DNA of 32,785 nucleotides from Perkinsus olseni (Eukaryota): NCBI GenBank assembly GCA_013115125.1, contig JABANN010000396.1, positions 1 to 32,785 of the forward strand, read 5' to 3'. Shown piece by piece: positions 32,137 to 32,785 of this stretch (position 1 is its first letter; each line of letters starts with the position of its first letter). The notes under the pieces were generated by a model. It saw only the letters and a program-made list of their open reading frames with translations, ran no database searches and was not told where the DNA came from. The position numbers and the translations under genes were made by a program.

Positions 32137-32785
32137 GTCATAGAACGACCCCTGAGGAGAGCTTCTTGACAATCTGTCTGATTGCACTGCATGGCAACGC
32201 TACAGAGAGTCTCCAACTGAGCACATCGGCAGAAGTCAAACTAAGCCGAAACCGTAAGCGTTGGACTTTGATCTCACACACACATAGAACGACCGCTCTA
32301 AGATCTTGTTAATCCCGAATCAACGCAGATCATGCAACAACCCGAATACTACCCTCTCCTTGCGTCCTGGCCTTCTGTTCGTCCACGAGGCTGGTGAGCT
32401 CCATTATCGGGCGACCGAGCATCCCTGGTCGAAGCTGGCGTTGTCAGCCTCCCTGCATCAGAGGGCCGCCGAATTTTGTTGTCCCGTTGTTGTAGTTGCT
32501 GACTGAGGGCAGGCATCATGGCGCTGCTGTCTGCCCACTCCTTAGAGGAAGCACAGCCCATTTATCGTTCTTGGTAGCGTTAACACTTATACGGTCCGTA
32601 TGCAGCGGTACCGGATGATAATCACAAAAACGAAACGACAACAACTTACAAGAGAAGCGCTCAAGTACCGATAGACCAGCTCGAGGTCACAAAACTATCC
32701 TGCGTCGTCATCGGGCACGTCCACCGAGTGTCACTAAATTCTGTGTCCTAATCACTAAAAGTAGCGCGCGCCCAACTGATCGATA

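Overview
Eukaryotic, gene-dense DNA of about 50% GC with many short (about 40-80 nt) GT-AG introns. The style suggests an alveolate protist, most likely Perkinsus (inference only). Most entries in the six-frame ORF track are exon pieces or shadow frames. Genes reconstructed by hand: an ABHD17/BEM46-like alpha/beta hydrolase (-), an SSXT + Myb/SANT-like protein (-), a 10-exon glutathione S-transferase-family gene ending in a PTS1 -SKL (+), an intronless CxxC/CxxC protein with a partial duplicate, and several unassigned or degenerate genes. The three tRNA genes (Pro-CGG, Ser-CGA, Lys-TTT) all appear to lie inside introns. The main finding is a nested structure: a Dada-superfamily DNA transposon (DDE transposase, about 800 open codons after splicing, N-terminus missing) sits exactly at the A-box of tRNA-Lys(TTT), splitting it into positions 1-7 and 8-73, and that tRNA itself lies antisense within intron 6 of the GST gene. 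Two MITE-like families, two perfect fold-back palindromes and two local duplications are also present.
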